In this document: positions 1 to 11,430 of the stretch, piece by piece | How positions within the stretch are numbered: position 1 is the stretch's first letter | How the letters are laid out: each line of letters opens with the position of its first letter | DNA from: an uncultured candidatus Porisulfidus sp. | GTDB lineage: Bacteria > Pseudomonadota > Gammaproteobacteria > Poriferisulfidales > Poriferisulfidaceae | NCBI GenBank assembly: GCA_965204575.1 | Contig: OZ241993.1 | Span: 1,408,001-1,472,000 of the forward strand | Direction of reading: 5' to 3' | DNA: 64,000 bases | Made by a program: the position numbers and the translations under genes | The notes under the pieces: generated by a model | Seen by the model: only the letters and a program-made list of their open reading frames with translations | Told to the model about the DNA's origin: nothing | The model's database searches: none

Positions 1-2281
1 TGTGCGCAACTACACGATCGGAGACGCCATTGCACGCTTCCGCCGGATGCGCGGCGACAACGTGTTGCAGCCGATGGGGTGGGACGCCTTCGGCCTGCCT
101 GCCGAGAATGCCGCGCTGGAACGCAAGGTCCTCCCCAGCGCCTGGACCCGGGAGAACATCCAGGCCATGCGCGAACAGTTGCAGCGTCTCGGGTTCGGCT
201 ACGACTGGGGACGCGAGCTGGCGACCTGCGACCCGGAATACTATCGGTGGGAACAGTGGTTCTTCATCTGCCTGTTCAAAAAGGGCCTGGCCTACCGGAA
301 AAAGGCGCTGGTCAACTGGGACCCGGTCGATCAGACCGTGTTGGCCAACGAACAGGTCATCGAAGGGCGCGGCTGGCGTTCCGGTGCCGTCGTCGAGCAG
401 CGGGAAATCGAACAGTGGTTCCTGCGGATCACGGACTATGCCGAGGAATTGCTGGCTGACCTGGATCAGTTGGAGGGCCGGTGGCCGCCCCAGGTGCTGC
501 AAATGCAGCGCAACTGGATCGGTCGTTCGGAAGGGGTGGAGATCCGGTTTGACCTGGAGGGGCGGGAAGAACCGCTGACGGTGTTCACCACGCGCCCGGA
601 CACCTTGATGGGAACCACCTACATGGCACTCGCCCCCGGGCATCCCATTGTTCAGGAAATATCTAGATCTAACAAAGAGTTGAAAGACTTTCTTAACCAA
701 TCTGCCCAGACTTCCGAGGAATCGCTCCGGGATCGAGAGGGACATCCGCTCGGGCTGAATGCGTTGCACCCGCTGACCGGCGAGGCGCTGCCCGTGTGGG
801 TGGCCAGTTTCGTGTTGATGGAATACGGCTCCGGGGCGGTGATGTCGGTGCCGGCCCACGACCAGCGCGATTGGGAGTTCGCGCGACATCATGGCTTGCC
901 GATCCGGCAGGTGATCGCTCCATCCGACGGCTCGGAAGCCGATCTTGATGCCGAAGCCTATGTGGACTGGGGCGTACTGGTCAATTCCGGGGAATTCGAC
1001 GGGCTGAGTTCCGGGGAAGGCTACGCCGCCATTGCTCAGCGGCTGTCCGAGCAGGGCTATGGAGAGTCCGTGGTGCGCTACCGGCTGCATGACTGGGGCG
1101 TGTCTCGGCAGCGCCGCTGGGGCTGCCCGGTGCCAATGATCCACTGCGAGGAATGCGGTGTGGTGCCGGTTCCGGAAGAAGACCTGCCGGTGGTTCTCGA
1201 CGAGGCCCTGCCGCCGGAGGCGGATCTCCCCGAGAGCTGGCGGGTCGTGAAATGTCCGAAGTGCGGCAGGCCGGCGCAGCGGGATACGGACACGTTCGAC
1301 ACGTTCGTCGAATCCAGTTGGTACCAGGCGCGATTCTGTTCGCCCGATGCCGATGACGCCATGCTGGACGATCGCGCGCGTTACTGGCTGCCGGTCGACC
1401 AGTACATCGGGGGGATCGAACATGCCATCCTGCATCTCCTGTACGCGCGGTTTTTCCACAAGCTGATGCGTGACGAGGGGCTGGTCGACGGCGACGAGCC
1501 ATTTGCGCACCTTCTGACCCAGGGCATGGTGCTCAAGGACGGGCACAAGATGTCGAAGTCGGGGAGCAACGTGGTCGACCCGGAACCGTTGATCGAGCGC
1601 TACGGCGCGGACACGGTGCGCCTGTTCATGCTGTTCGCGTCGCCGCCCGAACATACGCTGGAGTGGTCCGACAGCGGGGTCGAGGGGTGTTCGAGGTTCC
1701 TCAAGCGGTTCTGGCGATTCGCCTGCCAGCACCGGGATTGCGCGTCTGCAGAAGGCGTTGGTGCGGGCGGGCTTGATTCACAGCAGGAGGCATTACGCCG
1801 CAAACTGCATGAAACGATCCAGAAGGCGGGCCGCGTGGTCGAGCAACGGCATACGTTCAACACGGCGATTGCCGCCAACATGGAACTGCTCAACGATCTG
1901 ATGCGCCTTTCCGAGGACGGCAAGGCGGAGCCGGGCCTGGTGCGCGAGTGCCTGGAGGCGATGCTTCGCATGCTGGCGCCGGCCACCCCGCATCTGACTC
2001 ATGTGCTGTGGCATGAATTCGGGTTTGCCGGGGTGGTTTTGGATCAGCCTTGGCCGGAAGCGGATGAATCCGCCCTGCAGCGCTCGGTCGAGCAGATCGT
2101 GGTCCAGGTGAACGGCAAGGTCCGGGCGCAGCTGGAACTTTCAGTCGATATCGGCGAGGACGAGTTGCAGCAGAAAGTGTTGGATAATGCTAAAGTGCAA
2201 CGCTTCATTGAAGGAAAAACCGTGGTTCGTTTCATCCAGGTCCCGCACAAGCTCGTCAATGTCGTGGTGCGTGATGCATAG
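1..2281 (+). CDS. leuS: leucyl-tRNA synthetase (5' end outside window)
   Basis: [20 protein letters not shown] editing domain and KMSKS motifs. Confidence 0.97.
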   Translation, partial: VRNYTIGDAIARFRRMRGDNVLQPMGWDAFGLPAENAALERKVLPSAWTRENIQAMREQLQRLGFGYDWGRELATCDPEYYRWEQWFFICLFKKGLAYRKKALVNWDPVDQTVLANEQVIEGRGWRSGAVVEQREIEQWFLRITDYAEELLADLDQLEGRWPPQVLQMQRNWIGRSEGVEIRFDLEGREEPLTVFTTRPDTLMGTTYMALAPGHPIVQEISRSNKELKDFLNQSAQTSEESLRDREGHPLGLNALHPLTGEALPVWVASFVLMEYGSGAVMSVPAHDQRDWEFARHHGLPIRQVIAPSDGSEADLDAEAYVDWGVLVNSGEFDGLSSGEGYAAIAQRLSEQGYGESVVRYRLHDWGVSRQRRWGCPVPMIHCEECGVVPVPEEDLPVVLDEALPPEADLPESWRVVKCPKCGRPAQRDTDTFDTFVESSWYQARFCSPDADDAMLDDRARYWLPVDQYIGGIEHAILHLLYARFFHKLMRDEGLVDGDEPFAHLLTQGMVLKDGHKMSKSGSNVVDPEPLIERYGADTVRLFMLFASPPEHTLEWSDSGVEGCSRFLKRFWRFACQHRDCASAEGVGAGGLDSQQEALRRKLHETIQKAGRVVEQRHTFNTAIAANMELLNDLMRLSEDGKAEPGLVRECLEAMLRMLAPATPHLTHVLWHEFGFAGVVLDQPWPEADESALQRSVEQIVVQVNGKVRAQLELSVDIGEDELQQKVLDNAKVQRFIEGKTVVRFIQVPHKLVNVVVRDA

Positions 2282-2768
2282 GGGTCCTTTCCTGCTGGGT
2301 GCGGCTTTCTGCCTGGCTTTTAGCGGGTGCGGATTCCAGTTGGCAGATTCCAAGGGGATCGCGACCAAGATCCCACAAGCCTCGTTGCAACTGGTCGGGG
2401 GGTCTCCGGGGTTCCGCCAGGTACTCAAGCGCAGGCTGCGCGGCGGCGGCGTCAAGGTGGTGAAAGGCGACGCGGCGGCCGATCTGATCGTTTACCTGGA
2501 AGGCCCGCAGGAACGCCACCAGGTCATCGCCGTGACCACCGACATGGACGCCCGCGAATATGAAGTCGGGTTGCACTTGACCGTTCGCCTGCAGCGCCCG
2601 GGCGAAAAGCCGTCGGTGCCAGCCACCATGTCACGCTACCGGCACTGGCTGTTTGATTCGGAGGACTACCTCGCGGCTGACGAGGCTCGCGCGGTCCTGA
2701 AGAAGGAACTGAGCGGGGAATTGATCGAGGCGCTTTTGTTGCGCATCCGCGCCTATGCCGAGCAGTAG
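2274..2768 (+). CDS. lptE: LPS assembly lipoprotein LptE
   Basis: lipobox FSGCGFQL; position directly after leuS. Confidence 0.85.
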   Translation: MHRGPFLLGAAFCLAFSGCGFQLADSKGIATKIPQASLQLVGGSPGFRQVLKRRLRGGGVKVVKGDAAADLIVYLEGPQERHQVIAVTTDMDAREYEVGLHLTVRLQRPGEKPSVPATMSRYRHWLFDSEDYLAADEARAVLKKELSGELIEALLLRIRAYAEQ

Positions 2769-2791
2769 CAGCAGTCGCTCCTGAGGGAAGC

Positions 2792-3136
2792 ATGACCGAG
2801 CCGACCCTGTTCGAGAGAATCATCAACCGCGAGATCCCCGCGGATTTCGTGTACGAAGATGAGGTTTGCGTGGCGTTCCGGGACGTCAACCCTCAAGCGC
2901 CGACGCATGTACTGATCGTGCCGCGCAAGCCGCTGGACCGGGTGGCGAATGCCGAAGAGGAAGACCAGGCGATGTTGGGCCACTTGCTGCAGGTGGCGGG
3001 AAAGGTGGCCGAACAGTTGGGTTGCAAGGAAGCCTTCCGGCTGGTGATCAACAACGGTGCCGAAGTCGGACAGTCGGTCTTCCATTTGCATGTGCACCTG
3101 CTGGCTGGGCGCTCGTTCGGCTGGCCGCCCGGCTGA
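2792..3136 (+). CDS. HIT (histidine triad) nucleotide-binding protein
   Basis: HLHVH triad, GQSVFH motif, C-terminal WPPG. Confidence 0.93.
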   Translation: MTEPTLFERIINREIPADFVYEDEVCVAFRDVNPQAPTHVLIVPRKPLDRVANAEEEDQAMLGHLLQVAGKVAEQLGCKEAFRLVINNGAEVGQSVFHLHVHLLAGRSFGWPPG

Positions 3137-3138
3137 GT

Positions 3139-3585
3139 ATGGAACAAGCCGCGCACTGGTACGCCATCGATTGGCGGTGCCGCCATACCTGGGGGAAATC
3201 CGCCTACAACACGATGTGGTGCCTGATCGGCTGTGCCATCGGCGATTTCGGTACGATCTTTTACTTTCAGTATTACCAGATTGAAATTTCGCCATGGCTG
3301 ATTCTGGGATTGGCCATGCTCAACGGCATCCTGACCAGTATTCTCCTGGAGACGATTCTGCTGATGCGAAGCATGCCGGCCAATCTGGCCTTGCGCACGG
3401 CGGCAGGAATGAGCTTGATCAGCATGGTGTCGATGGAAATCGCGATGAACTTGACGGACTGGCTGCTGGTCGGCAGCCTGCAGCTGCGCTGGTGGTCGCT
3501 GGTGCCGGCTCTGGCGGCCGGTTTCGTGACGCCTTGGCCTTACAACTATTGGCGGCTCAAGGCGCTGGGCCAAGCCTGTCACTGA
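3139..3585 (+). CDS. small membrane protein (DUF4396-like)
   Basis: TMWCLIGCAIGD and MSLISMVSMEIAMN motifs; hydrophobic helices. Confidence 0.7.
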   Translation: MEQAAHWYAIDWRCRHTWGKSAYNTMWCLIGCAIGDFGTIFYFQYYQIEISPWLILGLAMLNGILTSILLETILLMRSMPANLALRTAAGMSLISMVSMEIAMNLTDWLLVGSLQLRWWSLVPALAAGFVTPWPYNYWRLKALGQACH

Positions 3586-3595
3586 GCCCATCTCA

Positions 3596-3618
3596 CGAAA
3601 GATCGGTTATCTTTTCGC
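3596..3618. terminator. hairpin between convergent genes, possible terminator
   Basis: CGAAAAGAT-cggtt-ATCTTTTCG perfect 9-bp inverted repeat. Confidence 0.4.
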
Positions 3619-3715
3619 TAAGAGTGGCGGAGTTTGCGGCTGGTTTAAATAGGGCAGCCTGAAAGCTTGCAGAGTGTATGGTTCAAAGGCTTGAGGGGTG
3701 TTCCTGCGGCTTCTC

Positions 3716-4021
3716 TTACTCACCAAGCGCTCGTACGACCGCATCCGGATCGTGGGCAATGACAGTCAACAGGACCCGTGCGGCTCGGTCCGGGACGCGA
3801 CGACCTTGTTCCCAATCTTGTATCGCCCGTGCGTCCAGGCCGAATCGATTAGCAAATTTCTGCCGACTTAGTTTCAACTGCTTGCGCAGAGCCAGAACCT
3901 GATCAGCAGAGGGATCATCAACGATCCGGCACACGAGATCGATTTTGCCGCGTACATGCGAAAGAACTTCGTCTAATGCCGCTTCAGTCTCCTGACCAAT
4001 CCGGGTTCGTTCCGTTGTCAT
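3716..4021 (-). CDS. XRE/HigA-like HTH antitoxin
   Basis: HTH LSRQKFA...IQDWEQGRRVP; overlaps the toxin stop codon. Confidence 0.85.
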   Translation of the reverse strand: MTTERTRIGQETEAALDEVLSHVRGKIDLVCRIVDDPSADQVLALRKQLKLSRQKFANRFGLDARAIQDWEQGRRVPDRAARVLLTVIAHDPDAVVRALGE

Positions 4022-4350
4022 TTTTTTACCTCCTCCTTCTTGATAGTGGCTACTAGCCGAGACAGTATTTTTCGGTCGGACGGAGTCATCTCTTCACGGC
4101 TTGCCTTGGCATAAGCGGTCAGCATGTAGATGGCTTTGGCTTTGGCATGATAAAAGTACAAGGTTCGAATCCCACCTCGTTTGCCTCGACCAGAGCCAGG
4201 CCACCGAAACTTGCGTATTCCGCCTGTCCCTCGGATGACTGGTGCTCCGATAGGGTCGGCGGCAATTGTCGTTTCCATTGCTTTCCGGGATTCTTCCGAG
4301 ACCAGTTTTCTGATGGCACGTTCATAGGTACGAGTGATGAAAAGTTCCAT
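4018..4350 (-). CDS. RelE/HigB-family toxin
   Basis: GTGGIRKFRW..GRGKRGGIR..Y and LTAYAK motifs; start taken at MELF (4350). Confidence 0.85.
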   Translation of the reverse strand: MELFITRTYERAIRKLVSEESRKAMETTIAADPIGAPVIRGTGGIRKFRWPGSGRGKRGGIRTLYFYHAKAKAIYMLTAYAKASREEMTPSDRKILSRLVATIKKEEVKK

Positions 4351-4359
4351 CAACCCCAT

Positions 4360-4378
4360 TATGCGGCATTGCCGCATA
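4360..4378. promoter_or_regulatory. probable antitoxin operator overlapping the TA promoter
   Basis: TATGCGGCA-T-TGCCGCATA palindrome overlapping a minus-strand CATAAT -10 box just upstream of the toxin start. Confidence 0.65.
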
Positions 4379-4470
4379 TTTATCAATCCCTCTGATCGTC
4401 ACGGTCAGGTACTGGCGAAACCGTTTCGCTACCGAAGGTCTTTCAGCCTATGCGAATGGGATATTGGCGT

Positions 4471-4743
4471 TCAATATTCAGCCGCGTCTTCAGGACCGAG
4501 CGTATCAAACTCTTCTTCAATCAGCTCCAGAATCCGCTGGTTTTCACTTGACAAATCGGAGAGGGCACCAAATCCGGCCATCCATGGTGCTTCCGCTTCA
4601 CGGGTTTGGGGTTCTTGGGTGCAACGCCGGATCTGCTCCTCCAGCGCAGTCGTGAAAAACTGTTCCATGGTGAGGCCACAACTTGCGGCAATCGCTTTAA
4701 TATGCCGAAATGTGGCGTCGGGGAGTTCGACGGTCGTCTTCAT
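4471..4743 (-). CDS. orphan ribbon-helix-helix (VapB-like) antitoxin
   Basis: MKTTVELPD N-terminus and acidic C-terminus typical of antitoxins. Confidence 0.6.
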   Translation of the reverse strand: MKTTVELPDATFRHIKAIAASCGLTMEQFFTTALEEQIRRCTQEPQTREAEAPWMAGFGALSDLSSENQRILELIEEEFDTLGPEDAAEY

Positions 4744-4835
4744 TCCCCGGTTTTCCCATAGTTCGGGTCGAAGGTCAAGTCACCCCATCGGCTATAATTC
4801 GATTCTGCCTGATTTAAGGCATTTTTATGTCCCGT

Positions 4836-4912
4836 GCGCCCGTAGCTCAGTTGGATAGAGTGTGTGGCTACGAACCACAAGGTCGGGGGTTCGAATCCCT
4901 CCGGGCGCGCCA
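4836..4912 (+). tRNA. tRNA-Arg(ACG)
   Basis: cloverleaf; anticodon arm TGTGG-CTACGAA-CCACA; GTTCGAATC T-loop; encoded CCA. Confidence 0.97.
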
Positions 4913-4943
4913 ATTACCTGCCTGAACCGGGAAAGGGGAACCG

Positions 4944-5240
4944 ATGCAACCGATCAACTTGAACCGAGAACTGGTGCAGAAACTGATGCACGTCCTGAAC
5001 GAGCATGACGCGCAGTCCCAGGACACCCTGATTTCCGCCCAATACCTGGCGGCCGTGCTCGGCCTGCTGGTTGGCAGCATTGATCGCCCGTCCGAGGAAA
5101 AAGAAGAATTACTTAGAGAAATCAATGCGTTCAGCGGACATGTTATGAATGACATCATGAATCAGGCCCAGCAGCGGCCCGCGCCGCTGGCCGCGGACCC
5201 TTCCAAGGCGTTCGGAATCTGGAAGCCGCCGAGCGCGTAG
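4944..5240 (+). CDS. hypothetical protein
   Basis: ORF with RBS directly upstream of serS. Confidence 0.7.
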   Translation: MQPINLNRELVQKLMHVLNEHDAQSQDTLISAQYLAAVLGLLVGSIDRPSEEKEELLREINAFSGHVMNDIMNQAQQRPAPLAADPSKAFGIWKPPSA

Positions 5241-5252
5241 ACGGACGCGCAG

Positions 5253-6533
5253 ATGCTGGATCCCAAAGTCTTACGCGCTGACCCGCGCGCGGTCGCGGAT
5301 AATCTTGCGCGACGGGGCTTCACCTTCGATGCGGCCGTCTACGCCGAACTTGAGGCGGAGCGCAAGGCCGCGCAGAGCGAGGCGGAATCCCTCCAGGCAC
5401 AGCGCAACACCCTGTCGAAGCGCATCGGCGAAGCCCGAAAGCAGGGCGAGGATGCGGCTGAAATGATGTCGGAGGTGACGAGCCTGGGGGAACAGCTGGA
5501 GCATCGCCAGGCGGCACTGGCGTCGATTCGGCAGCGTCTTGACGCCTGGCTGATCGGCATGCCGAACCTGCTGGACCCGGAAGTCCCGGATGGCAGGGGC
5601 CCGCAGGACAACCTCGAATTGCGCCGCTGGGGCGAGCCTGCGGAGTTTGATTTCGAGCCACTCGATCATGTACAGCTGGGCGAGCGCTGGGGACTGCTCG
5701 ACATGCAGCGGGCTGCGGCCATGTCCGGGGCACGCTTTTCGGTGCTGCAGGGCGAACTGGCACTGTTGCACCGTGCGTTGACCCAGTTCATGCTGGATCT
5801 GCATACGCGCCAGCATGGCTACGAGGAATGCTACGTGCCGTATCTGGTGAATGCGGCCAGCCTTGAAGGGACCGGGCAATTGCCCAAGTTCCGCGCGGAC
5901 TTGTTCGCGCTCGACGGCGAGGAACATTTCCTGATCCCCACGGCCGAGGTGCCGTTGACGAACCTGCTGCGGGACACGATCCTGGAGATGTCGGAACTGC
6001 CCTGGAAGACGATCGCGCACACGCCTTGCTTCCGGGCCGAGGCGGGCTCCTACGGAATGGATACCCGAGGCTTGATCCGGCAGCATCAATTCGAAAAGGT
6101 GGAACTGGTGCTGGCCGTGCATCCGGAAGAATCGGAATCGGCGCTGGAGGAACTGACGACTCATGCGGAAGCCGTCCTGCAGGCGCTGGAGCTGCCGTAT
6201 CGGGTGGTTTCTCTGTGCGGGGGCGATATCGGCTTTGCCGCTGCGCGAACCTATGACCTGGAAGTCTGGCTGCCCAGCCAGAAGGCGTATCGCGAGATTT
6301 CCTCCTGCAGCAATTTCCGGGATTTCCAGGCGCGGCGGATCAAGGCGCGGTTCCGGCCCGGCCAAGAGCAATTGCCGCAGCCGGTACATACCCTGAACGG
6401 TTCCGGTCTAGCCGTTGGCCGCACGCTGGTGGCCGTGCTGGAGAATCACCAGGGCGAGGATGGATCGGTCCGGATCCCGGATTGCCTGGCACCCTGGATG
6501 AATGGTGTGATCCGGTTGGGTGTGGCGGAATGA
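5253..6533 (+). CDS. serS: seryl-tRNA synthetase
   Basis: MLD start, [25 protein letters not shown] motifs. Confidence 0.97.
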   Translation: MLDPKVLRADPRAVADNLARRGFTFDAAVYAELEAERKAAQSEAESLQAQRNTLSKRIGEARKQGEDAAEMMSEVTSLGEQLEHRQAALASIRQRLDAWLIGMPNLLDPEVPDGRGPQDNLELRRWGEPAEFDFEPLDHVQLGERWGLLDMQRAAAMSGARFSVLQGELALLHRALTQFMLDLHTRQHGYEECYVPYLVNAASLEGTGQLPKFRADLFALDGEEHFLIPTAEVPLTNLLRDTILEMSELPWKTIAHTPCFRAEAGSYGMDTRGLIRQHQFEKVELVLAVHPEESESALEELTTHAEAVLQALELPYRVVSLCGGDIGFAAARTYDLEVWLPSQKAYREISSCSNFRDFQARRIKARFRPGQEQLPQPVHTLNGSGLAVGRTLVAVLENHQGEDGSVRIPDCLAPWMNGVIRLGVAE

Positions 6534-7033
6534 ACCCGGATGAGCCGCGCGGGAGTTTTCCCGCTTCGGGCCGAGTCGAGTGGATCGGAGTGCGTACGGG
6601 ACGCGGACAGCCGGTGATGGAACTTCGGGAAGTACAAGCGATCCAGGGTCGAGGGCTGGCCGATGACCATGCGACCCGGCGCTCGGGCGGACGGCGCCAG
6701 GTAACCCTGATGCAGTCCGAACATCTCCCCGTAATCGAGTCACTGTCGGAGCACACCCCGAAACCAGATCTGCTGCGACGCAACCTGCTGGTGTCCGGTA
6801 TCAATCTCCGGGCCTTGGTTGGGCAACGGTTCCGGGTCGGCGCGGCACTGTTCGAAGGCACTGGCGACTGTCCGCCTTGCCGTGGCATGGATGCGGCACT
6901 GGGCGCCGGTGGGAAAAATGCGATGACCGGAATGGGCGGGGTGACGGCACGCGTTCTGGAAGGCGGCCTGATCCGGGTCGGCGACCCGATCGGCCCGTAT
7001 AATCAGCGCGCCGACCCGCCGCGCCTGATCTGA
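6530..7033 (+). CDS. MOSC-domain protein
   Basis: [23 protein letters not shown] motifs. Confidence 0.85.
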   Translation: MNPDEPRGSFPASGRVEWIGVRTGRGQPVMELREVQAIQGRGLADDHATRRSGGRRQVTLMQSEHLPVIESLSEHTPKPDLLRRNLLVSGINLRALVGQRFRVGAALFEGTGDCPPCRGMDAALGAGGKNAMTGMGGVTARVLEGGLIRVGDPIGPYNQRADPPRLI

Positions 7034-7035
7034 CC

Positions 7036-7362
7036 ATGCCGATCTACGAGTACCGTTGCGAAGCCTGCGGGTATGACTTGGAGGTATTGCAGAAAGTCAG
7101 CGACGCCCCCCTGACCCGGTGCCCGCAATGCGGTGAGGAACGTTTGCGCAAGCAACTGACAGCGGCCGGATTCCGCCTCAAGGGCAGCGGCTGGTACGAG
7201 ACCGACTTCAAGGGGAAGAAACCAGGCAAGGACACGAACGGAGAGCCGGCCGCGACCAAGAAGAAGGAAGCGAAACCCGGCAAGGACAAGGCCGCCTCGG
7301 GCAAGTCCGAGGCGAAGTCATCCGACGGGAAGACCTCACAGGCCGGGGCCGCCAATGGCTGA
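7036..7362 (+). CDS. FmdB-family zinc ribbon protein
   Basis: [11 protein letters not shown]...CPxC...[12 protein letters not shown]. Confidence 0.92.
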   Translation: MPIYEYRCEACGYDLEVLQKVSDAPLTRCPQCGEERLRKQLTAAGFRLKGSGWYETDFKGKKPGKDTNGEPAATKKKEAKPGKDKAASGKSEAKSSDGKTSQAGAANG

Positions 7363-9133
7363 GGAACGCCGCTACTGCGGGGAGGTTCGGGCCGACCAGA
7401 TCGGGCAGGCGGTCCATCTGTTCGGCTGGGTCAACCGGCGTCGCGACCACGGCGGAATCATCTTCATCGACCTGCGCGACCATAGCGGGCTCGTGCAAGT
7501 CGTGGTGAACCCCGAGCAGGCCGAATTATTCGCGCTGGCCGAGCAGATACGCACTGAGTTCGTGCTGGCGGTCACGGGGCAGGTGCGGGCCCGTCCCGAA
7601 GGCACGGTCAACCCGACGCTGCCGACCGGCGAAGTGGAAGTGGTTTGCGAAGAACTGGAAATCCTGAACCCGGCCGATACCCCGCCGTACCAGCTGGACG
7701 ACGAGCAGGTGCACGAAGATCACCGCTTGCGCTACCGCTACATGGAATTGCGCCGGCCCGTGATGCAGGAGCGCCTGCGCACCCGTGCCCGGCTGGCGGC
7801 CACGGTGCGGCATTACCTGGACGAGCTGGGGTTTTTGGAAGTCGAGACGCCGATGCTGACCCGCGCGACCCCGGAGGGCGCCCGCGAGTACCTGGTGCCG
7901 AGCCGGACCCACACCGGTGCGTGCTTTGCACTTCCACAGTCCCCGCAGCTGTTCAAGCAGATGCTGATGATGGGCGGGGTGGACCGCTACTACCAGATCG
8001 TGCGTTGCTTCCGCGACGAGGACCCCCGCCAGGACCGCCAGCCGGAATTCACCCAGATCGACATCGAAACTTCGTTTCTCGAAGAGGAACACATCCTGGA
8101 ACTGATGGAGGGCCTGGCGTGCGCCATGTTCGATGCCGCGGGGATTTCCCTGCCGGATCCGTTTCCGCAATTGGCCTATGTCGAAGCCATGCGCCGGTTC
8201 GGGACCGACCGGCCGGATTTGCGGATTTCCGGCATGGAGTTCGTAGACGTGGCGGATCTCCTGACGGAGGTGGAGTTCAAGGTCTTTCGGGAGCCGGCCA
8301 ACCGCGAGGGTGCCCGGGTCGCGGCGATGCGCATCCCGGGGGCGGCAGGCATGAGCCTCGGGCAGATCGATGCCTATACCGAGGCAATCAAGCCGTACGG
8401 CGCGAAAGGGCTGGCGTACATCAAGTGCAACCAGGTCGGGCAGGGACGCGACGGCCTGCAGGCGGGATTCCTGAAGTTCCTGCATGACGAGGCGGTGGCC
8501 GGAATCCTGGAACGCACGGACGCGCAGGATGGAGACCTGATCGTGTTCGGCGCGGATCGGGCCGACATTGTCAACGCCGCGCTGTCTTTCCTGCGCGAAC
8601 GCCTGGCGGAGGACCTGGGTCTGGGAGAAGAGGGTTGGCAACCGCTCTGGGTGGTCGACTTCCCGCTGCTCGAACAAGACCCTCAGACACAGCGCTGGCT
8701 GGCGATGCATCACCCGTTCACGGCACCGGCGGTCGAGGATGTCGCGCAGTTGGAAACCGACCCGGGCGCGGTGCGGGCGCGAGCCTATGACATGGTGATC
8801 AACGGGGTGGAAGTCGGTGGGGGATCGGTTCGCATCCATCGCCCGGAGATTCAGCAGGCGGTCTTCGCGCTGCTCGGCATCGACGCCGATGAGGCGCAGG
8901 CAAAATTCGGATTCCTGCTGGATGCGCTGCGCTACGGCTGTCCGCCGCACGGCGGCATCGCATTTGGCTTCGATCGCCTGGTCATGCTCCTGACCGGTGC
9001 CGAGGCGATCCGGGACGTGATCGCATTCCCCAAGACCCAGACGGCCAATTGCCTGTTGACGGGAGCCCCCGAGATGGTGGAGATGGACCAGTTGCGCGAA
9101 CTCGGCCTCAGCCGGATCCGGAAGCGTTCATGA
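7355..9133 (+). CDS. aspS: aspartyl-tRNA synthetase
   Basis: [25 protein letters not shown] motifs. Confidence 0.97.
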   Translation: MAEERRYCGEVRADQIGQAVHLFGWVNRRRDHGGIIFIDLRDHSGLVQVVVNPEQAELFALAEQIRTEFVLAVTGQVRARPEGTVNPTLPTGEVEVVCEELEILNPADTPPYQLDDEQVHEDHRLRYRYMELRRPVMQERLRTRARLAATVRHYLDELGFLEVETPMLTRATPEGAREYLVPSRTHTGACFALPQSPQLFKQMLMMGGVDRYYQIVRCFRDEDPRQDRQPEFTQIDIETSFLEEEHILELMEGLACAMFDAAGISLPDPFPQLAYVEAMRRFGTDRPDLRISGMEFVDVADLLTEVEFKVFREPANREGARVAAMRIPGAAGMSLGQIDAYTEAIKPYGAKGLAYIKCNQVGQGRDGLQAGFLKFLHDEAVAGILERTDAQDGDLIVFGADRADIVNAALSFLRERLAEDLGLGEEGWQPLWVVDFPLLEQDPQTQRWLAMHHPFTAPAVEDVAQLETDPGAVRARAYDMVINGVEVGGGSVRIHRPEIQQAVFALLGIDADEAQAKFGFLLDALRYGCPPHGGIAFGFDRLVMLLTGAEAIRDVIAFPKTQTANCLLTGAPEMVEMDQLRELGLSRIRKRS

Positions 9134-9594
9134 CGGCGGAGACGCCTTCCCGCAAACGGCCGGAGTCGGTGCTGGTCGTGGTCTACAGCGAAGACTCCCA
9201 GGTGCTGATGCTGAGGCGGCACGAACCCCCGACGTTCTGGCAGTCGGTGACCGGCAGCCTGGAGTGGGGCGAACAGCCGGAACAGGCGGCGCGGCGGGAA
9301 CTGGTCGAGGAGACGGGACTGGATGCGACGGCGCTGGAAGACTGCCATGACAGCCACTTGTTCGAAATCTACGAGATCTGGCGCCACCGTTACGCCGAGG
9401 GGGTCACGGAAAACCGCGAGCATGTTTTTCGCTTGGCCGTTCCCGAAGCATGCCCGGTGACTTTGGACGCCCTGGAGCATTCGGAATACGAATGGCTGCC
9501 CCGGGTGGAGGCGGCGCAGCGTGCGTCTTCCTACACGAACCGGCAAGCAATCCTGGACCGGGTTCCGGTCGGATCGCCTCCGGGTTTATCATAG
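9130..9594 (+). CDS. nudB: dihydroneopterin triphosphate diphosphatase
   Basis: [17 protein letters not shown] and Nudix box; aspS-nudB-yebC order. Confidence 0.9.
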   Translation: MTAETPSRKRPESVLVVVYSEDSQVLMLRRHEPPTFWQSVTGSLEWGEQPEQAARRELVEETGLDATALEDCHDSHLFEIYEIWRHRYAEGVTENREHVFRLAVPEACPVTLDALEHSEYEWLPRVEAAQRASSYTNRQAILDRVPVGSPPGLS

Positions 9595-9622
9595 GCGGAG
9601 GTTGTGACGGGGCACATCGATC

Positions 9623-10363
9623 ATGGCGGGTCACAGCAAGTGGGCCAACATCCAGCACCGCAAGAAGCGGCAGGACGACAAGCGCGGGAAACTGTTCTCC
9701 AAGCTGATTCGGGAGGTGATGGTGGCGGCGAAGATCGGCGGGCCGGACCCCGCCGACAATTCCCGGCTGCGCCTGGCGGTGGACAAGGCGATGTCGGCGA
9801 ACATGCCGAAGGACACGGTGGAGCGCGCGATCAAGCGCGGCTGCGGTGATGCGGACAGCGCCGCGTACGAGGAAATCCGATACGAAGGCTACGGCCCGGG
9901 CGGGGTGGCGGTGCTGATCGACTGCCTCACCGACAACCGGAACCGCACGGTCTCCGAAGTCCGGCACACGCTGGGCAAGCACGGAGGCAGCCTGGGCAAC
10001 AGCGGTTCGGTGACGTACCTGTTTTCGGCGGTGGGGGTGTTGAGCTACGCGCCCGGCACGGACGCGGACAACCTGATGGAGCAGGCCGTGGAGACCGGGG
10101 CCGACGACTTGGTCGTGCTGGACGACGAGTCGGTGGAAGTGCTGACGCAGCCCCAGGACTTCGTGACGGTCCGGCAAGGCCTGACCGAAGCGGGGCAGGC
10201 GCCGGATCACGCCGAGGTGACGATGCGGGCGCAGACCCTGGTCGAGCTGGAAGGCGCTGAAGCGGTGAAGCTGCTGAAGCTGGTGGACGGGCTGGAGGAG
10301 TTGGATGACGTGCAGAATGTCTACACCAACGCGAGCATTCCAGATGCCCTGTATGCGGACTGA
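9623..10363 (+). CDS. yebC: YebC/PmpR-family protein
   Basis: MAGHSKWANI, YEGYGPGG, TDNRNRT motifs. Confidence 0.95.
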   Translation: MAGHSKWANIQHRKKRQDDKRGKLFSKLIREVMVAAKIGGPDPADNSRLRLAVDKAMSANMPKDTVERAIKRGCGDADSAAYEEIRYEGYGPGGVAVLIDCLTDNRNRTVSEVRHTLGKHGGSLGNSGSVTYLFSAVGVLSYAPGTDADNLMEQAVETGADDLVVLDDESVEVLTQPQDFVTVRQGLTEAGQAPDHAEVTMRAQTLVELEGAEAVKLLKLVDGLEELDDVQNVYTNASIPDALYAD

Positions 10364-10366
10364 ACC

Positions 10367-10858
10367 ATGAGGCGGATCATCGGCGTGGACCCCGGCTTGC
10401 GGCGCACCGGCTACGGCGTGATCGAGACCGACGGGTACCGCCATCGCTACCAGGCCAGCGGGCAGATTTGTCCGACGCAGGGCCCGATTCCCCAGCGACT
10501 GGGAGAATTGTTCCGGCAGCTCAGCGAAGTGCTCGAAGTCTACACGCCAGACTGTGCTGCGGTCGAGGCGTCATTCGTTGCCGCCAACGCGGGCACGGCG
10601 CTCAAGCTCGGCCAGGCGCGCGGGGCGCTGATCAGCGCCTGCGTGGTGAGCGAAATCGAGGTGTTCGAGTATTCTCCGCGCAGCATGAAGCAGGCGATCA
10701 CCGGGCGGGGCGGGGCCACCAAGGAGCAGGTCCAGTTCATGGTGCAGCGCCTGTTGGGGCTGGCCGAATCGCCGCAGGCGGACGAGGCGGATGCGCTGGG
10801 GCTGGCCCTGTGCCACGCCCACAGCCGGCTGCTGACCCCGGAGGGAGTCGCGACATGA
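10367..10858 (+). CDS. ruvC: Holliday junction resolvase
   Basis: IIGVDPG and DEADAL motifs. Confidence 0.95.
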   Translation: MRRIIGVDPGLRRTGYGVIETDGYRHRYQASGQICPTQGPIPQRLGELFRQLSEVLEVYTPDCAAVEASFVAANAGTALKLGQARGALISACVVSEIEVFEYSPRSMKQAITGRGGATKEQVQFMVQRLLGLAESPQADEADALGLALCHAHSRLLTPEGVAT

Positions 10859-11430
10859 TTGCGTACCTGCGCGGGCCCGTCACCTATCGCCAGCCTCCGG
10901 AACTGATCGTGGAGGCAGGTGGCGTGGGCTACCGGGTGCTGGCGTCGATGGCCACGTTCGACAACCTGCCGCAGGACGATTCGGAAGTGGTGCTTCCGAC
11001 CCTGCTGGTCGTGCGCGAGAACGCGCACACCCTGTTCGGCTTTGCCGACGAGGCGGAGCGCCAGCGGTTCAGCCAGCTGCTACGGATCTCCGGGGTTGGC
11101 GCCAAGACCGCGCTGGCGATCCTGTCGGCCTTGCCGGGTGCGACGCTGCGTCAGCACGTGGAGGCCGGGAACCTGGACGGACTGACCCAGGTGCCGGGAA
11201 TCGGCGAGAAGACCGCCCAGCGGTTGCTGGTCGAGTTGCAGCACATGGTGCTGAAGGCGGAAGACACCGGGGTTGGCGAAGCGGCTACGCCGCAATATGA
11301 AGCACAGCAGGGGCTGGTTCGTCTGGGCTGGAAACCGGCCGAGGCCCGGCGCATGATCGGGGCGATCGAGACGCAGGGGCTGGGGGCCGAGGACATCATC
11401 CGCGAGGCCTTGCGCGGGAGCGTGCGATGA
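10855..11430 (+). CDS. ruvA: Holliday junction DNA-binding subunit
   Basis: MIAYLRG, GVGY and HhH motifs. Confidence 0.93.
   Translation: MIAYLRGPVTYRQPPELIVEAGGVGYRVLASMATFDNLPQDDSEVVLPTLLVVRENAHTLFGFADEAERQRFSQLLRISGVGAKTALAILSALPGATLRQHVEAGNLDGLTQVPGIGEKTAQRLLVELQHMVLKAEDTGVGEAATPQYEAQQGLVRLGWKPAEARRMIGAIETQGLGAEDIIREALRGSVR

Noticed and set aside
650-710. AT-rich patch inside leuS
   Set aside because: The frame is intact and it falls in a variable part of the editing domain; no insertion boundaries are visible.
3586-4912. Integrative island at tRNA-Arg (also considered at tRNA-Lys and ssrA)
   Set aside because: No integrase and no duplicated tRNA or tmRNA 3' end were found; the TA genes lie 5' of the tRNA.
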